From contig NC_090404.1 of NCBI RefSeq assembly GCF_036365525.1, forward strand, positions 28,418,149-28,482,148: a stretch of 64,000 nt of DNA, in the 5' to 3' direction. Each line of letters starts with the position of its first letter. Position 1 is the first letter of the stretch. A program made the translations under genes and the position numbers. A model generated the notes under the pieces. The model was not told where the DNA came from. It saw nothing but the letters and a program-made list of their open reading frames with translations, and did no database searches. Shown here piece after piece: positions 51,631-62,668 of this stretch. This DNA comes from Heterodontus francisci. Lineage: Eukaryota.

Positions 51631-53325
51631 AACATAGAAAATTTATGGTACAGAAGGAGGCCATTCAGCCCATCGTGTACATGCCAGTCGAAAAAGAGAT
51701 GCACATCCTGTTGGATCCCATTAGTTACACAAAGAGAGACGAAGTCCGACTGTAGCTTTAAGAAATTTTATTGCAGTACTTAATTGTTACATCTTCAGAA
51801 AACTTCACAATGAACTAACATAAAACTAAAAGCAACACACACACGAAACTAACCACCCCCCCTGAACTGAACTCTTCGTGCCAAATCAAGCCTCATTATA
51901 GTTATTCATACAAATCAGTGACACCTACTCTTTGTTCCCAATTGGTCTACAAACTTATGCAGTTTCTTGGTGTCGGGGCCTGATTGGGGTACTGCCTTGT
52001 CAATTTGTTTTAATATCTGACTCCAGTTTCCCATCCCCTTATCTCCTTGTGAATCATTAGGCTGATTGTTGTACAGTAGGCTACTAATAAACAGGCTGCA
52101 GCTGTCCTGTTAGTTTCTGCTTGTTAGTCTGTTTCTGTTGATAAGCTGCCTCTGCAGCCCTGAAGTTATGAAGTCATTTCTGATAAGCTGTCTCTGCAGC
52201 TCCGAGGTTATTTTGTTAGGAGGCGATACTGAATTGATTAGTTCACTTTAAATGTCCCCAATTGTCCTGTTCCCACAATCCTAATCCCACTTTCCAGCTC
52301 TTGGTCTGTAGTCCTGTAGTTCCAGCACTCTGAGCGCGTATCCAGTTATTTTTTAAATGTGACGAGGGTTTCTACCTCTACCACCCTTTCAAGCAGTGAG
52401 TTCCAAACCCTCGTCACCCTCTGGGTGAAAAGAAAATTCTCTCAGTTCCCCTCCAATCCTAAAGCTCATTACTTTAATCGATGCCCCTGACTATTGACCT
52501 CTCTGCTAAGGGAATAAATATGTCCTTCCTATTCACTCTATCTAGGCCCTCATAGTTCTACAGATCTCAATTAAATCCCCTCTCAGCCTCCCCTGTTCCA
52601 ATGAAAACAACCCCAGCCTATCCAATCTTTCCCCATAGCTGAAATTCTCTCTTTCTGGTACATCTTCATAAATCTCCTCTCTACCCTCTCTAATGTGATC
52701 ACATCCTTCCTGTAATGTGATCATAGCTATACTCAGTACTCCATCTGTGGTCTAACATGTGCTGTATACAGTTCTAGCATGCCTTGACTAATAGAGGAAA
52801 ATATCCCATATACATATGGCCTTCTTAAACACCTTATCTACCTGTCCTATTACCTTCAGGTATCTGTGGACATGCACTCCAAGGTTCCTCTGTTCCTCTA
52901 CACTTTTTGGAATCCTACTATTTCCTTGTCTTGTTTGCCCTTCCCAAAGGCATTACCTCACACTTCTCCGGATTGAATTCCATTTGCCACTTTCTGCCCA
53001 CCTGACTCGTCCATTGATCTCTTCCTGCAGTCTACAACTTTCTTCCTCACTGTCAACCGCACAGACTATTTTTGTATTGTCAAAAAACGTCTTAATCATG
53101 TCCTCTATATTTAAGTCTAAATCATTGATATATAACACAAAAAGCAAGGGACCTAGTACTGAGCCCTGCGAAACCCCACTGGAAACAGCCTTCCAGTCAC
53201 AAGGCCCCCATCGACCATTAGCCTTCGCTTCCTGGCACTGAGCCAATTTTGCATCCAACTGGCCACTTGCCCTTGGATCCCGTGGGCTTGTACTTTTCTG
53301 AACAGTCTGCCATGTGGGACCTTGT
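51630..53325 (-). mobile_element. CR1 3' part split by the solo LTR
   Basis: SQGSVLGPLLFVLYINDLD, RLDRLGLFSLEQ on minus strand; tail continues across the LTR. Confidence 0.85.
51709..52277 (-). mobile_element. Solo LTR of the ERV at 59.3-64 kb
   Basis: TG...CA ends, 4-bp TSD ATCC (51705-51708 and 52278-52281), minus-strand AATAAA at about 51770, close match to 59294-59901. Confidence 0.92.
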
Positions 53326-53666
53326 AGATGTGGAGAGAATGCTTCAATTTGTGGGACAATCCAAAACCAGGGGCCATAATACAAGATAGTTACTTATAAA
53401 TCCAACAGGGGAATAAGGAGCAATGTATTTACTCAGGGTGGTTAGAATGTGAAACTCACTACGGCAGCAAATGCTTGTGGGAGAAAGCTGAGATGCTTTC
53501 AAAAGGAAACTAGCCGAGCACGCGAGAGAAAAGGGAAATAGAAAGATCTGCTGAAAGGGTGAGATGAGGTAGATGGAATGGGAGTAGAAATGACAGCACA
53601 GTCTAGCTGAATGGCCTTTTTAGATGCTATATATTCTGTGTGAGTCTGTGTAAACTCCTTTTACAG

Positions 53667-54245
53667 GCTATTACAAGGGGAGGATTTGCAGATGGGAAGT
53701 GCAATCCAAATACTGCATCATGATTTAACTTATTCAATTCATGAGGACCTGAATATTGTCGGCCTTTGAATGTGGAAGGAGAAATGTTTGTCTGTTCTGT
53801 CTGTGGGAAAAGATTTCAAACATCAGTGTGACTGGAAAAGCACTGAGATACACACACACCCGAGTGAGAGTGTTCCAGTGCACTGACTGTGGAAAGAGCT
53901 TTAACCAGTTACACAGCCTGAAAAAACATCACAACATTCACAGTGGGGAGAAACCGTACACGTGTTCTGTGTGTGGACGAGGCTTCAACCGATCATCCAA
54001 CCTGGAGAGACACAAGGACACCATCACCACGGAGAAACCGTGAAAATGCAGTGATTGTGGGAAGGGATTAGTTACCCATCCCAGCTGGAAACTCATCGGT
54101 GCAGACACACTGGGGAGAGACCGTTCACCTGCTGTATGTGTGAGAAGGGATTCACAGAGTTATCCAGTCACCATAAGCACGTGCGAGTTCATACTGGGGA
54201 GAGGCCTTTCCCCTGCTCTGTGTGAGGGAAGCGAGTTCACAAGTG
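53667..54245 (+). pseudogene. C2H2 zinc-finger pseudogene exon
   Basis: Acceptor TTTTACAG; [38 protein letters not shown]; multiple stops and frameshifts. Confidence 0.88.
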
Positions 54246-54989
54246 ACTGCAGGGGTTGGATTCTGCTGTTATTGCTGCTGTTAATCATATCCTGGACTGA
54301 ACCATTTTCATTCTGACTGTTGGAGTTTGTTTCTGCTGATGTTCATGATTCCAATAGACAGGGTGGAGTTGAATATTCTGGATAAATGCCAAATAAATCA
54401 ACTTTGTTTTAAACATATTGTTGTAGATTTTTGTCTTTCCTACCTGAGTGTTTAACATCACCTGGCTGGAGCTCAGAAAGGACAATCTGGGGGGAGGATC
54501 GTACGGCAGGAACAGAACTTCAGCCTGAACACAGTCCTTCAGGGATCACACTGAGGGACAAACAGCACTTTGGTCTTTCTCGTCTCTCTTCACTGACAGC
54601 AAAGACCCCGTGTGGGTTAATCCTGAGGCCTGTAAGAAATGTGTCCCAGTCGTTCTGTTCCATGGTTTAGAGCTCCTGGACACAGAACAGGAAGCTCCTT
54701 TACAACTGTGTTTCGAGTCAGGAAGAACAACAGTGAATGCTGGAAACGTGCTGTCAAATCAGAGATTGGTGTAAAACTGTGATCTGTTCCTGACTGAAAG
54801 TGAAACGGCAGGTTTAAATTTCCAGTCTGAAAATGACTGTGGTAATTATTCTATAAAATGTTGATATGTTTATGTGACAGTTCTGAGTCTAACATTTTAA
54901 GGCAGGTGTTAACTCATTTAAAATAAACCTTTTGAAAATAAATTGGTTGAAGTCTGCAAGAAAATAGCAGATGGAGGAGTTCACAGGAG

Positions 54990-55870
54990 CCTGTGAAGAT
55001 GTGGCAAACAGTGAGGATGATATAAACCATCTGCAACAGGAGATGGATAGGCTAGTAGAATGGAGAGAGAGGTGGCAGATGAAATTTAATACTGTCAAGT
55101 GTGAGATGATGCATTTGGCAGAAGGAATCGGGAGATGCAATATATACTTAATGGCACAGTTCGAAGTAATGTGCAGGAACAGAGGGACCTGGGGGTGCTT
55201 GTGCATCGACCATTGAAGGTGGGAGAGCAAACTGAGAGTGTGATCAGTAAGGCAGATGGGATCTTGAGCTTCATAAATAGAGGCATTGAGCAGAAAAGCA
55301 GGGAAATTACGCTGAACCTTTATAAAGCTCTGGTTAGGCCTCAACTGGAGTATTGTGTCCAGTTCTGGTCACCACACTCCAGGAAGGGTGTGAGGGTTCT
55401 TGAGAGGGTGCAGAGGAGATTTCCCAGAATGGTTCTGGGGTGGCAGATTTTAATTACAAGTTTAGGTGTTGTTAGAACAAAGAAGATTGAGGGGAGATTT
55501 ATTATGAGTGTACAAGGTTATTACAGGCTCAGTTAAGTTAGACAAGGTAAAGCTGTTCCCATTAACTAATGGTTCAAGGACTAACGGACACAGATTGAAG
55601 ATTTTGGTCACGAGCTACAGGGGAAATATGGGGAAGAACTTTCTAACACAGAGGGTGATAATGATCTGGAACTTGATGCTCACAAGGGTGGTGGAAGCAG
55701 AGATGATCACGGACTTCAAGAGGAAGTTGGACGACCATTTGAGGAAATAAACTTGCAGGGCTTTGGCAGATCAAGTGGAGAACTTAGACAGACTGGATAG
55801 CTCTGTGAATAGCTGGCATTGCCTTGATGGGCCGAATGGCCTCATTCTGTGCCATAAATGACTCTGTGAC
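54990..55870 (+). mobile_element. CR1 3' fragment
   Basis: QRDLGVLVHRPLK, RPQLEYCVQFWSP, tail ATGACTCTGTGACTC. Confidence 0.88.
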
Positions 55871-58324
55871 TCTAACTGCTGGTTCAATTATGCAACAGAC
55901 ATCTGATCTCCAGATAACGAACATGATTAAAGGATTTAACAGGATCGATAAAGAAAAATTATTTTCTGTCCAGAACAAGGTGGCACAACATTAAACTTGG
56001 AGCTTGATCATTCAGGATGGGATCACTGGGAGGTGATATAAGGTCAAATTAAACTGAAATGTGTGATTTTCATTGTTTGATTAATTTTACAATGAAACTC
56101 AATGGATATTTCAGCACATTCTTTAACTCCTATCTGAATTTACTCTGGGTCACTGTCAGTGTTCCATGTATTTTTTAGTTTTTCATGATTTCTGTACATA
56201 GACCCCTAAATCTCACTGTTCCTCCACCATTTCTAACTTTTAGTCATTTAGAAAATACTCTGATTCATCTTTCTTAGATCTAATGTGAATGAACCTCGCA
56301 CTTTCCCACACTGAACTCCTCCTGTCACTGTTTTGCCCACTCACTAAATCTATCAATGTCCCTTTGAAACTTTTTGCTGCCATCTATAATAATCGATGCC
56401 ACCTAACTCAATATCGACAACAAACATGGATATATGACTCTCCAGCTACACATCACAGTTCTTGGAGACAGTGGCGTAGTGAATGAATAACCTAGAGCCC
56501 AGGCTAGTGTTGTGGGGCCATGTGTTCACATCCCAGCACGGCAGATAATGAAATTTGAATTCAATTAATAAATCTGGAATCAAAAACTTGTCCAATGGTG
56601 ACCTGAAACCATTATCTGTAAAAACGCTGTAAAAACCCATCTGGTTCACTAATGTCCTTCAGAGAAGGAAATCTGCTGTCCTTACCTGGTCTGACCTACA
56701 TGTGTTGTTGACTCTTAACTGTCCTCTAAAATGTCCTCGCAAGCCATTTAGTCCAAGGGCAATTTGGAATGGGCAATATAGGCTGGCTGAGCCAGTGATG
56801 CCCACATCCCCTTGGGGGAGATGACTGGTCACATCATGCCAACTGGAGTACCTACCCAATACTCTACTCTCTGTCCCCCATCTCCGAAACAATTTCCTAT
56901 CCCAAGACATAGGTTGCCTCTAATTCCAGGCACTTTCATGTTTTTAGCAGTCTCTTGCGTGGACCCTTATTGAATGCCTTCTTGAAGTCAATATAAATAA
57001 CATCCATAGACATTCCCTCACTACCACATTAGTGACCTCCTCAGAAATACAACAAGGTCAGCTAGATATGACTTAACCTTTTACAAATCCATTCTGTTTC
57101 TCTCTGATCAGTTCATATTTGTCCAGGTGATAATGGAGTGAATAATACAGACTACACAGACCCACCTGAACCTCTCAGGACTAGAGATTTTCCCATTGAA
57201 CAAACGCTATTGTGCTACATAAAATCACTGTGTTCCCCTCCTGTACCATTTGGCTGTGTTTCTCCGTGTCTCTCTTTGTGTCTCTGTCTCCCTATCCTTA
57301 TCTTCTCCCCCCTCTCTCTCTCTCACTCTATTCTCCTGTCTCTCGTTTTGTCTCAAATTCTGTCTCCTTTTGTGTCTCATTCTCTCTCTCTGTTTATATG
57401 TATATGTCTGCCTTCTCTGTTTCCCATTCTGTCACGCTGTCATTCACTCTCTCTCTCTGCTGACATTGATTCTCCACCGCAGACACAGAGTAGCTCCCAC
57501 TCCAAGGTCAACACAGCACCCAAGGTGAACCCAGATCTGTGACCTCATACAGAACCCAATTGGACCAATGTTCCCAGTCATTTTCAATCAGGGTCCGTGA
57601 AGCTGATGGTGGATAAGAACAACATTAAGCAGAGTGGAAGGAAATCGGACTCATCCTGGTGTGAGTCAGCTGCTGACGTAAAACCCCACTGATCTTTCAC
57701 TTGTCTGATATTACTGCGAGTATGAAGAAAAGGCTGATTTTTGTACAGCAAAAATGCTGATTTATCCAGATATGTAAAAATTGCCACAATATAAATCCCA
57801 ATTTAATTTTAAACATGTAAATAAGAGATTTGAACTTACTGCCGACAGGTTTAGCTGTGGGTTTCTTATGTTGGCACCTTCAGAGAGTCTCATCAACCTA
57901 AAGGCTTCTGTTAAATACATTCCCTGAGTGGATTTAACTTTAAACCGGCTTTGTAGGCTTGATGGTCTGTTCACACGTTGAAGGTGAGAGAGATGCAAGG
58001 TTAGGAGAGGTGCTCTGGAAGGTATGGGGAGCTGGGACTTGTCCATGAGAAAAATCCGAAGGTCTGAGAACCGAAATAATCTAACGTTAGAAAGGAGAAA
58101 AGGCCCAAAAATGGAGGAGTCGGTAACAGGACATCTTGGAAAAATTAAGTACTGACACAGTGTGCATTTGAAAGAAAAAAAAACATTAATATCAGAATAT
58201 TAAACTCCAGCCCAGTTATAGGGATTATTAACATCAGCAGAAATAAACCCCAACTGTCAGAATGAACATGGTTCAGTCCTGGATGTGCTTAACAGCAGCA
58301 ATAACAACAAAATCCAACCCCTGC

Positions 58325-58645
58325 AGTCACTTGTGAGCTTGCTTGTGCTTTTATAGGTTGGATGAATAAGTGAATTCCTTCCCACACACAGAACAAGTGA
58401 ACAGTCTCTCCCCAGTGTGAACAGCCCGATGTGTCAGAGATTTGACTGACAGTGAATCCCTTCCCAAATATGGAGCAGGTGAATGGCCTCTCCCCAGTGT
58501 GACTATATCAATGAGTTTCCAGTTCAGACGGGTAATTGAATACCTTGCCACAGTCCCCACATTTCCAGGGTTTCTCCGTGGTGCAGGTGTCCTTTCTCTC
58601 TCCAGGTTGGACGATCAGTTGAAGCCTCGTCCTTACACAAAACTC
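58325..58645 (-). pseudogene. Truncated C2H2 zinc-finger pseudogene, convergent with 53667-54245
   Basis: [23 protein letters not shown]; shares 3' UTR (GTGACTGCAGGGGTTGGATT...) with 54240-54390 in inverted orientation. Confidence 0.85.
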
Positions 58646-59293
58646 GTGTACAATGACTTGCATTTATACAGAGCATCAAATGTAGTAAAAATATCCCACA
58701 GCCCTTCACAGGAGAATTAACAGTTGCCATATTAACAGTGATCATTCCCAACGTTTCCGATTTTGTCTCCAAAACATTGCTGCAAGTTCCATATAATAAA
58801 AATTGAACAGCACATATTTTGCCAACTTAAATTTAGCAGCTCTTACATCCTGTAACACACCTAAGGTTGTAAAACAGCTGATATCTGGCTCAGTATGATG
58901 CATGCCTTGGCAAATCTGCTGGGAATATAATATTTTATGTTTTGATGAAAGGGCATTGATCTGAAATGTTAACTCTGTTTCTCTCTCCAGATGCGGCCTA
59001 ACCCGCTGAGTATTTCTAGCATTTTCTGGTTGTACTAATAACTAGGGTCCCTTGTTTGCCAGTTTTGCTTCTACTGTTCCTCCAATCAGCTGATCCCATT
59101 GTTACTCTGCTGTACACATTTCACTTGTATTTTTCCTTATTACTTTCCTCACTGTACTTTTTCTTAATTTGTTGTCGGTCTGCTTGACCTCCTTCCATCC
59201 CAAGAATTCATACTTTGTTCCCAAAGTTGGTAAGAATGTGCCATGCAGCATGATATATTTCAGATAGTGGGGTGGGGAGATTACTGAGCACAA

Positions 59294-59901
59294 AGTTGCA
59301 CAAAGAGAGATGAAGTCTGACTGTAGCTTTCTGAAACTTTATTGCGGTACTTAATTGTTACATCTTCAGAAAACCTAACAATGAACTGAACTAAAACTAA
59401 AATCAACACATACACTGAACTAACCTAAAACTAAAAGCAACACACACACACTAAACTAATCCCCTGAACTAACACCCCCCCCCCCCCCAAACTAACTCTT
59501 CGCGCCAAATCAAGACTTATTATAGTTATTCATACAAATCAGTGACACCTACTCTTTGTTCCCAATTGGTCTACAAACTTCTGCAGTTTCCTGGTGTCAG
59601 GGCCTGATTGGGGTACTGCCTTGTCAATTTGTTTTAGCTTCTTACTCCAGTTTCCCATCCCCTTATCTCCTTGTGAACCATTAGGCTGATTGTTATACAA
59701 AAGGCTACTAATAAGCAGCCTGCAGCTGTCCTGTTAGTTTTTGCTTGTTAGTCTACTTCTACTGATAAGTTGCCTCTGCAGCCCTGAAGTTATGAAGTCA
59801 TTTCTGATAAGCTGTCTCTGCAGCTCCGAGGTTATTTTGTTAGTAGGCTATACTTAATTGATTAGTTCACTTTAAATGTCCCCAATAGTTCTGTTCCCAC
59901 A
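59294..59901 (-). mobile_element. 3' LTR of endogenous retrovirus
   Basis: Matches the solo LTR; preceded on minus strand by polypurine tract AAAGGGGGGAC (59902-59912) then TG; outermost ~14 bp do not match the solo LTR. Confidence 0.9.
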
Positions 59902-60269
59902 GTCCCCCCTTTGATTCTTCAAAACACTTTTAAGAATCATTCCGTTGATCCCACCTAAGTACCTTTAATGGTCTCTACTTGTCTAGAAACAGCCTTCAAC
60001 ACCCAGAGGGGTCGCATTCAATACGTCGCCTGCTTGTGCCACAAGAGGGGCCTGCGGGAGCTCTGTAAAGGCATAAGTTTTGCAGGGGCTTCAGTTACTT
60101 GTTTACAACATAAAAGGTGGTCCACTTGTACAATTACAATTTCATTTAAGCATCACTATTACATAATCGATTGTACAAACATAATACAATTCCAATCTTA
60201 AAGTACATCGATCATTCATTAATTCATTTTAAGTATATGTGAAAAGGTTATACAATTACTTTTTTATGG

Positions 60270-62330
60270 CATAACTAATTGTCCCTCCTTTTACAGAACA
60301 AGTTCGAACACTAATTGCTTTTTCGGGTAGCTGTCCAACCTGTGTTCATACATCCTCCTACATCACCTAATTAATTTCTTAAGTTACCAAATTAAGTAGG
60401 TCACATATAACACCATGATACCCAAAACCACTATCAGGACGTGGGAGATAATTCTAAACCAGGGGTGTATCTGCACGTCTGACCCCCAGTTCCATAAGTC
60501 CTCCTTCCAGGTAGAATCATTTACCTCGTCAATCTCATCTTGTAGCATCTTCGACTGTTGTTCCAGATTGTAATACACTACACCAGTGGCTTTTAGCTGC
60601 TGCCTCTCTTTAACCAAGCATGTGGACAATAGCTAAATAGTATATTCGTATTCCTGGAGGTAATTTGTCAAATCCTCCTTAATACTTTCTGTCACAGTTA
60701 TCGTTTCTTGCTTTTGTTTATGTATCTCTACCAACTCCACCTTCCCTACTCGGGTTGGTATTTGTGGGTTGAACCAAAATGTACTGTTGCTCACCGGACA
60801 AGTCCGTTTATGTTCATACTGGTACCCCTTCGCTGTGGTGGTTAAGCAATATCTCCCCTTTCCCATATAGGCCACATGGGTTAGCCCTGACAATGCTTTC
60901 CTAGTCTCCATGGTGCAATTTACAGTGGCATTAAATCCACATTTTGATTCTGCCATTTTATATATAGGATGAGGACATATGATCACCTGGTTTTCCAGGC
61001 GACACTCAGACAATGGAAAATGTTGTTCCAATTACCTCTTTTCCAATTTCCATAACATAGGGTAACATATCATAGTATTTTATGTAATCTTTTCCCCTTA
61101 TCACCCCTATATTTTCTACTTTGCATAATTGCATCCCTAACTTATCTCTCAGAATTACAGGTATTCCCAACACTGCTCCAATACTCATAGATCCTGTATT
61201 TACACATTCCTGACCTTTCCATACCTTAAATTTTCTGAGTTGGCACCTGGTAATTTTATCATTTGTGTGACTAGCTAAGTCCTCCAACTGGGTGTCATTG
61301 ATCCAAACTGGCACCTGTCCCGCATCAATTTGGCTCAAATTTTCTCGAATTTGTTCTAACATCCACGGACCATATGTACTACAAACACTTTCATTATTTG
61401 AAATGATATCATTAATAGTATGAGCATGACCTTCTAGTACTCTCATCAGTCCTGTAATTAGCTCAGTTGCTCTGCATGTAACAAATCACATTTTCTTCCA
61501 TTCCCGGTATCTCTTTGCATACCAGGTGTTGTTTATATTGGAGTCTGTCATTTGCTGTTGACTTTATATGCCTTTATTTGGGACCAGTGTTTCCATCGGC
61601 CCTTCCCTTTTACCATTACTTTGTCTCCCACAACAGGCACCTTCGTCTGTTCCTCTTTCATGTCTGTTTCTATAGAATCTCCTGCCTCAGCTCATATAGT
61701 TGTCTGCACAGCTCCTTCACAAATCTTTAACCCTTTCTCTTGCGGGTCCTATTTCCTCACTACCTGCTACGACATACCTTGGCAGTCTCATCACTCTTCC
61801 TGTCACTGTATTCATCAAGTCCTTTCCTACTTTAGCTACACCACTCTGTCCCTTTTGTTCCTTTTTCAAAATATCCTTTACTAGCTGACTAAGAGTTCTA
61901 ACCTTCTGGTCCACCTTTTCCAAATCTATAGTATTGACAATTGAAGACTGTGGCTGCATCATTCACTAAACTATGTTTATGTCTCTTTCCCTTTATTATT
62001 CCCTCATCACCAAATTCTTGTCTTCGCAATTGTTACAGTAATACCTTGTACAACTTTCAGGTCTTCTCAGAGCACCAGCCAGGTAGCTGGATATCTGAGA
62101 TATTCAATATTACCGGTACCAACTCAAGCTTTATATAATCATATACAATTTTATTAGTTTTTATTATCGCAAGTCCACTTTCTGGTCCTGCAGTTAAGGC
62201 AGGGCAAGGGAGACTAGTCACTTGTGACTGCTGGGTCGTAACCTTACTCGTCGGTAATTCGGAAGTGGGGGTAACCGTGGGGCTTGGTGCTTCTTGTCTG
62301 TTTAATCTCACAACCTGGAATAGGAACTGT
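60270..62330 (-). pseudogene. env: Retroviral env pseudogene (class I fusion protein, non-gamma type)
   Basis: Short N-terminal subunit, basic site KRHKH at about 61973-61987, heptad-like region, Cys-rich ectodomain, TM helix IISHVLIVVLGIMVLYVTYLIW (about 60387-60452); many stops. Confidence 0.8.
61548..61806 (-). pseudogene. pol: Integrase C-terminal fragment embedded in env
   Basis: TGRVMRLP...FVKELCRQL...VGDKVMVK|GKGRWKHWSQIKAY...stop, read across frameshifts. Confidence 0.7.
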
Positions 62331-62339
62331 CCTTTTTTA

Positions 62340-62668
62340 TCTTAGAGCTTTAATATCTTGCGCTAGGGGGAGTTTGAGGATTGTCTGCACTCACTTTTGC
62401 TCTGTCTTATGCTTTCCCTGTGTTATTACTATTCCCAAATAAGAAACCTTTTCCTTCATTATCCGTACTTTTTTCAGTTTAACTTTCACTCTGACCTTCT
62501 GGAGGAAGGTGGAATATCGATGGATTATTATAAAATCCCTGGGAGAGACACGTCCAGATGTATTGTTGTCCCTGGAACGTAAACGCAAATTTATATTGAC
62601 ACTCTTGTGCCAACGGTATGGACCAGAACCCATTGCTAATGTCCAACACAGTAAACCACTTAGACTGT
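62340..62668 (-). pseudogene. pol: Retroviral reverse transcriptase fragments, YxDD region deleted
   Basis: KWFTVLDISNGFWSIPLAQECQYKFAFTFQGQQYIWTCLSQGFYNNPSIFH (62668-62509, absent from ORF track), then KEKVSYLGIVITQG...ILKLPL. Confidence 0.9.

Noticed and set aside
51709-59901. One provirus bounded by the two LTRs and carrying captured ZNF genes
   Set aside because: Left LTR has its own TSD on both sides; right LTR is preceded by a PPT and env on its far side
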